Shown piece by piece: positions 24,699-36,954 of a DNA stretch of 64,000 nucleotides. Origin of the DNA: Octopus bimaculoides (Eukaryota); the NCBI RefSeq assembly GCF_001194135.2, contig NC_069002.1, positions 6,171,162 to 6,235,161 on the forward strand. The letters run 5' to 3'. A model generated the notes under the pieces. That model was not told where the DNA came from and did no database searches. It saw nothing but the letters and a program-made list of their open reading frames with translations. Position numbers and translations under genes: made by a program. Position 1 is the stretch's first letter, and each line of letters opens with the position of its first letter.

Positions 24699-25816
24699 AT
24701 ATTCATAAATATATACTTATGCATATATATATATATATATATATATAAGAATATATTCATGAATATGTGTGTGTATGCATATACATACATATATATGCAT
24801 CCACACATCTATACACACACACACACGTATATATATATGAGAACATATACACCAGCTGTTGATAAGTAATAAGTTATGTTGTAGAAATGATTCTCAATTA
24901 AGTAACTTGCTGGCTGTCATAAAACTTTTAACCATGAGAATAAAATTGCAATAAAGTTGGAGATTTTAATGATTTGGCCTGCAGTAAGGGTCACTGCCCT
25001 TAGACCCTCACACTCCCTCGAAGTCAGCTGAGATTAGTGCAGTTGCCATTCTTAACCCTTTAAGATTTAAACTGGCCATACCCAGCTCAAAGGTTCTACA
25101 TGTTCTAAGTCCTAACTAGCGAGATCCAGTCTCTCACTCCTACTCTATAATGTCATTCTAAAAATAAACAGTCACATCATTGAAATCCCAAAGCTAAGAG
25201 ATAATGCATGATTAATTCAAAACAGTACAAAACCCAGAAGTATCAGAACCAGGTAGTGACCTATCTCTTTTGAGACATTTGCGGAGACTGAGCCACTAAT
25301 GGTGAAGTTCTTGTCATCATTGGCAGCTTGCTTTACCGAACTCAAAATGCAAAGAGCTAGAACAAAACAAACTCAAACATCTTGCCCGATATTCTAATGG
25401 TTCCGCCATTGCAGAAACAGCACATAACAAAAAGTAGTCCTTAATTAAACTATGAAACTTTCTTAATGTTTGATAGCCATAACCAACTAGACATTAATCA
25501 GACAAACAGCAGTGTAACATTGTCACTTCATAGTTATGTTTTTTTTTCTTTTTATTATTCCAAGAAGAAAATAACATTGAAGCACATCTCAATAGCCACA
25601 AGAGAGTCAACATATTTAAGATATTATTCTAATAAATTAATGAATAAATGAATGATTAAATGAATGAATGAATGAATGAATGAATGAATGGAATTGGCTG
25701 GATAGAGAGATGTAGGTAGTTATATGCAAATATATTTATATAGATATGCATGCTTGTATGAATATATAAATCTATATATGTATGTATATATATATATATG
25801 TATATAAACATATATA

Positions 25817-26012
25817 TTTTGTTTTGGGATTTGGTTTGTAAGATTCTTTATGTGAGTTCGTGTGTTGAAGCATGTTCTGTTGTGTCTGGGGAGAGTCATT
25901 CTCTTTTGGTGCCTTATAATTTAACACACTCACTGGTAAAATTTCCACTTATTTCTTTTTTATTTTTCTAAAATATCCGTTGCGTCTTGCAACCTTTTCA
26001 ATAGTTTTAGAG
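25817..26012 (-). mobile_element. Repeat family P3 copy abutting (TA)n; hammerhead-like fold at 25968-26004
   Basis: Shares gtctgg(g)gagagtcatt..gtgccttataattta(a/g)cacactcactggtaaaattt with 5828-5900; colinear with 17915-18058. Confidence 0.7.
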
Positions 26013-26095
26013 TCAAAATTATTAAAGAGAGAAAGAGAGAGTTAAAAAGATAAAGAGAGAGTGAAGGAGGGGAAGAGAGAGTTAAAGAGAGAAAG

Positions 26096-26157
26096 GGAGA
26101 TAATACGTTTCGCAGGAGAGAGCTGAAGAGCTCAGCAAGTCCTCATCAGTGATATGC
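26096..26157 (-). ncRNA. Hammerhead-like motif with canonical core and GUA triplet; degenerate stems
   Basis: gcauauca-CUGAUGA-GGAcuuGCUGA(gcucu)UCAGCucucUCCugc-GAAAC-GUA-uuaucucc. Confidence 0.45.
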
Positions 26158-26675
26158 TCCCATGGGCATCCTGACAAAGATAACACAAGTGCCACTGATC
26201 CTGCCAAAGTCTTCAGTGACCAGCTATTTGGTGACCGCCTCCATGCAACATGAATGACAGGGATGGCTGCGTTGTGAGATCAAGTCAAACAAACCCAAAC
26301 AAGCTCGACGAGTTGCTGCTGTTGACTGTAATTTCATACCAATATTTCTAAGTATTTACAGACATTTCGTAGGAGTATAGGTTAATATTGCAATATGTAA
26401 AATAATAAATCTACGGGGAACATGAAACTGTATAAATGTTCAATGGCTATTCATTGGTGCAATGACAGCATATTTACTAGATATATCAAAAAAAAAAAAA
26501 AATAATAATAAATAAACAAACAAAAAAATAAAAAAACAGTTCTTTCTCATCAATTATTCTCGGTATATAAATATTACAAAGAGAAAAGAAAATGTTATTA
26601 ATATATTCTACGTTATTTCGTGTTTTATATGAATTCAATTATTAAACTGATTAGTAATGCAATTATTTAGCTGCT

Positions 26676-27001
26676 GTGAAGGCACGTGACTTAGTGGTTA
26701 GGGTTTCCAGCTCACAATCGTAAGGTTGTGAGTTCGATTCCTGGTGGCACATTGTGTCCTTGAGCAAGACACTTAATTTCATGTCACCCCAGTCCACTCA
26801 ACAGGCAAAAATGAGTTGTACTGTATTTCAAAAAAGGGCCAGCCTTGTCATACTCTGTGTCACGCTGAATCTCTCTGTGAACTATATCAAGGGTACACTT
26901 GTCTGTGGAGTGCTCAGCCACTTCCATGTTTATTTCAGAAGCAGGCTGTTCCGTTGATTGGATCAACTGGAACCCTCGTCATCATAACTAATGGAGTGCC
27001 A
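26676..27001 (+). mobile_element. SINE, head C + tail X type (complete)
   Basis: A-box-like tgacttagtggtt, B-box gagttcgattcc, middle ccttgagcaagacact, tail X ..ggagtgctcagccactt..ggaaccctcgtc..ggagtgcca. Confidence 0.85.
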
Positions 27002-27194
27002 GTGTGTAGCTGCTGGACTGGCAGAATCATTAGAGTATCAGACAAACCATCTTGTAGTATTTAGTTTCCACCCTTTACATTCTGAGTTCAAATCCCACCA
27101 GGATCAAGTGCATCTTTCATTCCTTATAAGTATCAGCTGATTAATGGTGCTGAATAAACAGACTGGCACTGGTGTCTGTCAGGCTTTTGAAGCA

Positions 27195-27295
27195 TGAGAC
27201 TAATAAGAGAGGATTCCAAGACATCACTGGTATGGTCATGTGATGTGCACAGATGAGGATGGCTGCATATGGAATAGTCAATCTTGTCACATACA
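27195..27295 (+). pseudogene. Decayed RTE-like LINE fragment
   Basis: Translates as RHHWYGHVMCTDEDGCI, similar to the RLRWYGHV.RM motif of RTE ORF2. Confidence 0.45.
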
Positions 27296-30200
27296 TAATG
27301 ACTAAATCAACACAGGAGTAAATATTTAGAGCACTTTTATTTCCTAGAAATAGCAGCCAAGTTTCATTCAAATCACACTCTACTCTTTGATACATGCACA
27401 AACATACATACACACACACACACAGAAACGGGATGGTTGCAACTTGAGCACATTTGATCAAAGGTCTGCTTGATTAGGGAATGACAAATTGCACAATCAA
27501 ATTTATAGGAAACCATTCCGATCACTAAAAAGATAAGTATCTAAAATGGTAAAATGGGAATATTTTGCAAAAATTCCTTTCTAGAAATTTTGGTTTGGAA
27601 ATGATAAGCTTGTAGTATAAATGTGAACATAACCAATTTCTGGAAGTGCAAAGCGCCAACGAAAAGTATTTGATGGAGAACTATTGTCATTTACTTCAAA
27701 GACAGCTTTGTATCGTTCCTGAACAAAATGGATTAGAAGACAAATAATATTATTTATATGGTAGAAATGTAAACAATATTAATGAAAACCATTACAGTGA
27801 TACCAAAAGAGGAACCTCAAGGAATTTTATGTAACAATTGATGTCTTTGATAGGATTCACGGAAAAGTCAGAACGTAGTAGTTTTGGAAATTAGTCTGGA
27901 CAATGAATAAACTAGAGAAAATATCCGACAGCTATCTTTTCTAAAGTATGTATGAATGTTAAGCACTGGTGTGATATTTTTATGATAGTTCTTTGTAATG
28001 AAGGCCGTTTAATGGTAATGATGGGGTTAACAATGGTCTCTTAAAACAAAAGCTTTCAAGATAGTTACAAACAGGAGCGTAAATTCTGTTGTATAATACA
28101 TTCTGGACTACGTAGGCTACCCATCATTGCCTTGGAGAATTTAATCAGGATAATCTACAAGAGATAGCAATAAGAGACGCAACAGAACTACGATCTGTGA
28201 AAATGGCAATTTGTAATTCTGTCAGAAACACTGTTCTTTGTTCTAGTCCAAAATAGATACCATAAGAGTAGTATCCCTCAAAGTGAGTTCTTATGAATTC
28301 CAGGGCTCTGTCAAAGAAATTCTGGGGTTCTGTAAGATAAGGTGTCTTTTAAAAACCTTCAGTAAAAACACATTTTATATATATATAAAAAAAAAAATAT
28401 TAACTATTTTTGTATTATATATCTGCTTTTATCTTTTATCTCTTGCTTCTTTCAGTCACTGGACTGTGGCCATGCTGGGGCACGGCATTGAAGAGTTTTA
28501 GTTGAAGAAATTGATCCAAATACTTATATTTTTAAAGTCTGGTACTTACTCTATCAGTCTCTTTTGCTAAACCACTAAATCAGGAGAACATAAACAAACC
28601 AATGCCGGCTGTCACACAGTGGTGGAGGACAAACATGGAGAAAGACACACACACACACACACATACAAAAACACGCACACACGTCGCTGTGTGGTAAGAA
28701 GCTTGCTTCCCAACTACATGATTCTAGTTTCAGTCCCTCTATGTGACACCTTGGACAAGTCACTTCTACTATAATGACAAGCCGACCAAAGCCTTGTGAG
28801 TTGATTTGGTAGATGGAAACTGAAAGAACCCCATTGCATATATATATATATATANNNNNNNNNNNNNNNNNNNNNNNNNNNNNNNNNNNNNNNNNNNNNN
28901 NNNNNNNNNNNNNNNNNNNNNNNNNNNNNNNNNNNNNNNNNNNNNNNNNNNNNNNNNNNNNNNNNNNNNNNNNNNNNNNNNNNNNNNNNNNNNNNNNNNN
29001 NNNNNNNNNNNNNNNNNNNNNNNNNNNNNNNNNNNNNNNNNNNNNNNNNNNNNNNNNNNNNNNNNNNNNNNNNNNNNNNNNNNNNNNNNNNNNNNNNNNN
29101 NNNNNNNNNNNNNNNNNNNNNNNNNNNNNNNNNNNNNNNNNNNNNNNNNNNNNNNNNNNNNNNNNNNNNNNNNNNNNNNNNNNNNNNNNNNNNNNNNNNN
29201 NNNNNNNNNNNNNNNNNNNNNNNNNNNNNNNNNNNNNNNNNNNNNNNNNNNNNNNNNNNNNNNNNNNNNNNNNNNNNNNNNNNNNNNNNNNNNNNNNNNN
29301 NNNNNNNNNNNNNNNNNNNNNNNNNNNNNNNNNNNNNNNNNNNNNNNNNNNNNNNNNNNNNNNNNNNNNNNNNNNNNNNNNNNNNNNNNNNNNNNNNNNN
29401 NNNNNNNNNNNNNNNNNNNNNNNNNNNNNNNNNNNNNNNNNNNNNNNNNNNNNNNNNNNNNNNNNNNNNNNNNNNNNNNNNNNNNNNNNNNNNNNNNNNN
29501 NNNNNNNNNNNNNNNNNNNNNNNNNNNNNNNNNNNNNNNNNNNNNNNNNNNNNNNNNNNNNNNNNNNNNNNNNNNNNNNNNNNNNNNNNNNNNNNNNNNN
29601 NNNNNNNNNNNNNNNNNNNNNNNNNNNNNNNNNNNNNNNNNNNNNNNNNNNNNNNNNNNNNNNNNNNNNNNNNNNNNNNNNNNNNNNNNNNNNNNNNNNN
29701 NNNNNNNNNNNNNNNNNNNNNNNNNNNNNNNNNNNNNNNNNNNNAAGTCTTCTTCATCATTGCTGATGTGCAGCTATATAATAAGGTAACTTATTTCTAC
29801 TTTCATTTCGCTATTTGAATTAACCGTGTTGGAGTTGGCAGTGATGCAGAACTGCTGGGGCTGCTGCTATCACTGCTACTGCTGCTACTGCTGCTACATC
29901 CGCTGCTGCTACTATATCCGCTGCTACTAATTTCAGCCTGCTTCTGTTTGTGTCAAGTGTCTAGAGGTGGGAAGAAACAACTTGATTGATTTATTTTCTA
30001 ATATCGCTTGTGATTCTGTGACATGGAATAGGTGAAGGGATTGTTATATTTAAAGAAAGAGGGAATAAAAAAAAAAAATTAAAAAAAAAAAACAAAAAAA
30101 AATTGGTAAACGGTAAAAGATTCCGGAGACCTGGTGGAAACAAGTCTTTATTGTTGTCAGCAGCGGTGGTGTCATTGTTGTTGGTGCTGTTCTTGTTGTT

Positions 30201-30687
30201 GTTATACGAAGAATACAGACGCATCGCTTTGAACTCCATGCTCTTTCGTATAACACAAATGATAACAAGCCAACAAAGAAGTCTCTATGTAGTTTCTCTC
30301 TATCAACCTGCCAGAAATAGCAGCCAATATTCCTCGAATCACACCTGACTGTTTAAAAAAAAAACAGAAGGAAAGAAAAATGTAGTGGAGAGATGCGATG
30401 ACATTAGGATGATGCAGTCCAACCGAGCAGCTCTGTCTCTGTCTGAAAATACAAGACAGAGTATCCTGTCTTGGCAGGAACATCTTTGGTTTATAGAACT
30501 GCTTGATAAGGACAGGACTGACCTTAAGGTCAAACAGCAACAACAAATGATACGAGCCAACTTGGGAGCCTCTACATCAATGGTTCTTAACCATTGTTTA
30601 CCTGTGGACCCCTTTGATTTCTGTTTTGCTCAGGTGGGCCTTCATAACCATTCAGCGTTTAAGAATTCCTCAAATATTTGTGTGTTT

Positions 30688-30962
30688 TTGTTGGCACTCC
30701 GTCGCTTACGACAACGAGGGTTCCAGTTGATCCGATCAACGGAACAGCCTGCTCGTGAAATTAACGTGCAAGTGGCTGAGCACTCCACAGACACATGTAC
30801 CCTTAACGTAGTTCTCGGGGAGAGATTCAGCATGACACAGTGTGACAAGGCTGACCCTTTGAATTACAGGCACAACAGAAACAGGAAGTAAGAGTGAGAG
30901 AAAGTTGTGGTGAAAGAGTACAGCAGGGTTCGCCACCATCCGCTGCCGGAGCCTCGTGGGGC
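30688..30962 (-). mobile_element. SINE, head B + tail X type, 5'-truncated
   Basis: Near-identical to 17-311. Confidence 0.85.
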
Positions 30963-31276
30963 TTTATATATATACACACACATACACACAACAGGTATCA
31001 TTCGGTTTCCATCAACCAAATCCTCTCACAAGGTTTTGGTTGTCCTGCGTCTATAGTAGAAGACATTTGGCTGAGGTGCCACGCAGTGGGACTGAACCCA
31101 AAATTAAGTACTTGGGAAGCAAATTTCTTACCACACTGCCGTGCCTGCCCCCATTTCATTCTTTTATTCTTTTATTTGTTTCAGCCATTTGACTGTGGCC
31201 ATGCTGGAGCACTGCCTTTAGTCGAACAAGGAACATGCAAGAATATGAGACAGAGATAGACAGAGAGGGAGAGAGA

Positions 31277-31318
<42 letters not shown>

Positions 31319-31751
31319 TTGTGTGAAATCATTTTTTATGTTGACACAGCTTGAAAAACGGCACTCTTTGTTTATACCTTTATGCTTCATGACCTAGCAG
31401 TCTGACAAACAGAAATCAATAATATATCTGAATTAAAAAAATTAGTCCTGGAGTCAATACGATCAGGCAAAACCCAATAGTACAGAGCTCAAGCATGATC
31501 ACAACAACAACGAGAGCAAGTAATGGAATAAGAGATTTCAGAGAATTTTTTTCAAACAGAAGTATTGTGTTGAGTTATCCTCTTGAAAAAGACAACTGAT
31601 TGAGCGAAGACATAGATATTTTTTTCTTTTTCTGGGTCTTACTAAAATCATCAATTTTCAATTTTAATTTATTATGAATACCACAACTTCTTAAGATGTC
31701 ACTCTTATGAAGAGAAACCATATCAATGTAGTATCTTCATGAAGTCTTAGT

Positions 31752-31791
<40 letters not shown>

Positions 31792-32824
31792 TCATGGATA
31801 CAAAAGATAGCAAAAAACTCCATTTCTTCAAAATCTTTTTCTACAAAAAAAAAAAAAANNNNNNNNNNNNNNNNNNNNNNNNNNNNNNNNNNNNNNNNNN
31901 NNNNNNNNNNNNNNNNNNNNNNNNNNNNNNNNNNNNNNNNNNNNNNNNNNNNNNNNNNNNNNNNNNNNNNNNNNNNNNNNNNNNNNNNNNNNNNNNNNNN
32001 NNNNNNNNNNNNNNNNNNNNNNNNNNNNNNNNNNNNNNNNNNNNNNNNNNNNNNNNNNNNNNNNNNNNNNNNNNNNNNNNNNNNNNNNNNNNNNNNNNNN
32101 NNNNNNNNNNNNNNNNNNNNNNNNNNNNNNNNNNNNNNNNNNNNNNNNNNNNNNNNNNNNNNNNNNNNNNNNNNNNNNNNNNNNNNNNNNNNNNNNNNNN
32201 NNNNNNNNNNNNNNNNNNNNNNNNNNNNNNNNNNNNNNNNNNNNNNNNNNNNNNNNNNNNNNNNNNNNNNNNNNNNNNNNNNNNNNNNNNNNNNNNNNNN
32301 NNNNNNNNNNNNNNNNNNNNNNNNNNNNNNNNNNNNNNNNNNNNNATTCACATATATATAAACATACATATACACATATAAAGACATACATACATATACA
32401 CATATATATAGACATACATACATATTCACATATATATAAACATACATATACAGACATACATACATATACACATATATACACATATATACACACATACATA
32501 AGTACATATATATATATATACACATGCATACATACATATATATGTATATATATAGACATGCATACATATATATATATATATAATATATACATACATACAC
32601 ACATGTCTACGCAATTACACACACACACACATATTTATATATGCATACATGTATGTATGTACATATATTTTTTTCCTATTAATGACCACAGGCAGCAATT
32701 TCAGACAATAACTCCAAATACAAAAAATGTGTGTGTGTGCATGCGCGCACGCACGCATGCGCATACGCGCTGTATACAATTTTTACAATTCTCATAGTGT
32801 TCGATTTTTATCAGAAACATTCTA

Positions 32825-32856
<32 letters not shown>

Positions 32857-33206
32857 CATCATCATTGATTCAATACTATTAGGAGATGCTATCGTATTCG
32901 ACTTGAGTAATACAAACAACATGTGACAAAACAGCTGGTGTACCACAAAGGAACTTTCCTGAATCGGTGAGCGAAGAAGAAATATAGGTTAAAGAATGAC
33001 GCTTAGCACACACTACAGACATTTCAAGCTTTGCTCTCTTTCTTTCTCTCTCTCTCCTCCTCAGTCACATGTCAATTATTATTTCAAAATACATATATTT
33101 TATTAATTTAGCCTACATAACGAGATGAAAAAAACAAAATTGATATTAAAATTGATGCACGTTCGCTATAATTTCATGTGTTTATTTTTATTCTTTTTTT
33201 TTATTT

Positions 33207-33405
33207 TATAACTTGTTCCAGTGATCTTAGCTGTGGCCATGCTGCAGCACCGCCTTTTGTCGAACACATTGACCACAGGGCTTATGCTTTGTAAGCCTAG
33301 TACTTATTTTATCGGCCTCTTTTGCTGAACTGCTAAGTGACGGGAACGCAAACACACCAGCATCGGTTGTCAAGCGATGGGGAGAGACAAACACAGACAC
33401 AAATA

Positions 33406-33487
<82 letters not shown>

Positions 33488-33650
33488 GACAGGCTTCTTT
33501 CAGTTTCTGTCAACCAAATCCACTCACAAGGCTTTGGTTGGTCCGAGGCTATAATAGAAGACACTTGCCAAAGGTGCCATGCAGTGGGACTGAACCCGGA
33601 ACCATGTGGTTGGGAAGCACGGTTCTTACCACACAGCCACGCCTGTGCCT
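33207..33650 (-). mobile_element. Full-length SINE family A
   Basis: tRNA-like head, body, central (TA/TG)n, 3' part ..ggcggtgctgcagcatggccacag..ggaacaagt. Confidence 0.9.
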
Positions 33651-35159
33651 ATGACAGCCATTTATTTATTTTTTTATTTGTAAATACACAAATAATCTTT
33701 TCTACTCTAGGCACAAGGCCCAAAAGTTTTAGGAAGGGGGCCAGTCGATTAGATCGACTCCAGTACGCAACTGGTACTTAATTTATTGACCCCAAAAGGA
33801 TGAAAGGCAAAGTCGACCTCAGCGGAATTTGAACTCAGAACATAAAGACAGACAAGTAAATACACGAAGGTGAGGTTTTATCAGTTATTTCTAGCAAGCT
33901 GAAGAGCTTATCATTTCATTTGCCACATATAACTAACCACATGATCAAGCAGACTCTTGGATGTTGTTACACATCGCTCATCACCATGTGCTTTTTTGCA
34001 TCGTTTTAGCTTTCGAATGACGCCACCCCACTGGCTAAGCAAGCAGGCCAACGTTCACCTTGATCAGAAGGCTATTCCATCGCAGGGTTATCCACTTAGA
34101 GCTGAGTGGGCTGGTGCAACATCCACTTGGTGCAGGGATTGAACCCATGATCCAGCAAATGTGAGTCCAACACTCTAACTGCTAAGCCATGCACATCATT
34201 ATCATCGCCGTCGTCGTTATCGTTTAATGTCCAGTTGGACAGTTCGACAGGAGCTGGCCAGAGAGAAAACTGCACCAGACACTTATGTCTGTTTTGGCAT
34301 GGTTTTTACAGCTGGATGCCCTTCCTAACACCAACCACCCTGCAGAGTGGACTGAGTGCTTTTTACGTACCACCAGCACTGGGCCTTCCTACAAGTTGCT
34401 AATGCTGATAGTAAATCCAACACCTTGATAGTGGATCGACAGCAAAAACCATCTCCTGTTTGAATAACACTACAGATTCTCCAACTCCCAATTGCTTGAT
34501 AGTGTGTCTATAAGAAAACTAGCGACTGTTTTGAATGAAACTGCAAATTTTCCTGCTTCGAAAGCTAACCTATTTATCTTCTCAGTTTGGAAGATTAGAT
34601 CAAGAACAAAAGAACCGACACTGTGACTAACATCCCTCAGGTAACTGACATAAAAGAACTCTAGTAGCAAAACCAAGCTTACTGTTGCTCAGTCAGCTAC
34701 AAAATAGCAGCCAAACAGACACACATTCCTCAAACAACAGCCCGCCATCTTTAAAACAACCACAATAGATAACAAACTTTCAGGTGTGTTTTATATACAT
34801 NNNNNNNNNNNNNNNNNNNNNNNNNNNNNNNNNNNNNNNNNNNNNNNNNNNNNNNNNNNNNNNNNNNNNNNNNNNNNNNNNNNNNNNNNNNNNNNNNNNN
34901 NNNNNNNNNNNNNNNNNNNNNNNNNNNNNNNNNNNNNNNNNNNNNNNNNNNNNNNNNNNNNNNNNNNNNNNNNNNNNNNNNNNNNNNNNNNNNNNNNNNN
35001 NNNNNNNNNNNNNNNNNNNNNNNNNNNNNNNNNNNNNNNNNNNNNNNNNNNNNNNNNNNNNNNNNNNNNNNNNNNNNNNNNNNNNNNNNNNNNNNNNNNN
35101 NNNNNNNNNNNNNNNNNNNNNNNNNNNNNNNNNNNNNNNNNNNNNNNNNNNNNNNNNNN

Positions 35160-35607
35160 GCAGAGAAGCTTGGATTTGGTCACTCAACTATTCATCAACA
35201 CCTGCACTGGAAGAAAAACGACCATCAGGATAATGCTTGACCACATACAGTGAGGATGACATTCCAAAGGGTGGAGTGGTTTGAGTGGGAACCGATGCCC
35301 CACTCACCATATTTGTTGCCAGACATTGCCCCATCTGATTATCATTTATTCCACAGTCTTCAAAATCATTTGGATGGAAAAAAAATATGAATTCTGTAAA
35401 TGAGGTCAGAACAGTATTGGAGGAGTATTTTTAGTCACAGACAAGTGAATTTTGGAAAAGGAGCCTTGCAAGTTTATCAGAGAGGTGGAAGAGCATTGTA
35501 GAAAATGAAGGAGAGTATATTTTAGATTAAAAAAGAACTTTGTTTATTTTAATTTTGAAAAATAAAAGAAGTATATAAAACCGCATTATTTATGGGATGA
35601 CCCATTA
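35160..35607 (+). mobile_element. Internally deleted mariner transposon (C-terminal transposase relic + right TIR)
   Basis: EKLGFGHSTIHQHL (HTH-like) joined to ..PHSPYLLPDIAPSDYHLFHSLQNHLDGKK../..SEFWKRSLASLSERWKSIVENEGEYILD*; end ccgcattatttatgggatgacccatTA. Confidence 0.9.
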
Positions 35608-35900
35608 AAATAGCATGTTGTTACACACACATACACAGATACTACAGGCTTCCATACAGTTTCCATCTTCTAAATTCCACTCACAAGATATTGATCAAAC
35701 CAAGACAACAAGATACTTGTGAAGACATTTGCCTACAGAGCTGGGCAGTGTGATGTTTGAAACCATAACCACAAGATTGTGAAGCAAGCTTCCTGACTAC
35801 ACATTCATGCTTATGAACAACATTGTAATAATCATTACGAAACACTACATAACTGTTGAAAACATAGCATTGCATTCTGGTTATTTTCATTTATATTAGC

Positions 35901-35955
<55 letters not shown>

Positions 35956-36210
35956 ATTCTTTGTGAAGAAAAACAAAAATATGTTTTTCCAATTGACCAC
36001 ATCTATTTCTTTTCCAGGAATCTATGTTAATGCTAAGAAATAATATCCAATAAAGAGAGGTTACACAATCCATTCTGTTCACATCAGTAACAACCGTTTT
36101 GCAGAATGCCATACAATGCACATGGTATAATTCACCACCAGCAATCTTCCTTGGAAAACATTTCTTTAACAAAAGCTGAGACGAAATCATTCTAAAAACT
36201 GGAGTCTCAC

Positions 36211-36287
36211 CTTTGAACTTAAAAACATTCCCTTGATCGATATCTATTTCAATTCTAAGCCCGAACAAATAACAGAGATACGCAAAA
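36211..36287 (-). CDS. Candidate internal coding exon of an unidentified gene
   Basis: Acceptor ttaaattacag, open frame FAYLCYLFGLRIEIDIDQGNVFKFK, strong donor AAG/GTGAGA; an alternative acceptor would start the exon at 36254. No homologue recognised. Confidence 0.25.
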
Positions 36288-36954
36288 CTGTAATTTAAAA
36301 TGGTGACATCTTTTCAACTCCAACATTATAAATCTTCTTAACAAAGAACCTCTGACTATCTCAAAATGAAAGGAGGCAAGATGTCTCAATAAGCTCTTCA
36401 TAAAAAGCTCTTCATATTGGTGAGACATGTTATTACACTCAACAAAATAGTAATGTATATTTCTGTTGTCTTTTTGTCAAAATGTCTAATACAGATCAAC
36501 AAAAGATGATAACAGTTGCGAGCAACAAAGTAACAAAGTGTTGTTGAGATATGATTGAGGGAGGCTGAAGATGACATAAGGTTCTTAAAGAAATTTATAT
36601 TTCTCTCTGTTTATTTAGGTGCATGAATGGCTGTGTGCTAAGAAGCTTACTTCCCAATCATATAGCTTTGAGTTCAGTCTCACTGAGTGGCACTTTGGGC
36701 AAATGTTTCTACAGCAGTCCTGGACCAACCAAAATGGAATGAAGATATAAAGTGGGACCCCCCCCCCCATTTCTGTGACTGTGGAACAGTCCAGGAATCA
36801 CCTGCTGGTCGATCTGTTATTGGATTGTTTTTGTTGTTTGGATGATCTGAGAAGTAATACAAAGATTGCGTAAGACAGAAGTAAAACATGGAAATATTTA
36901 TAGACAGAGATGAATAATGATAAGGGTTTCAAATCTTGGCACAAGGCCAGAAAT

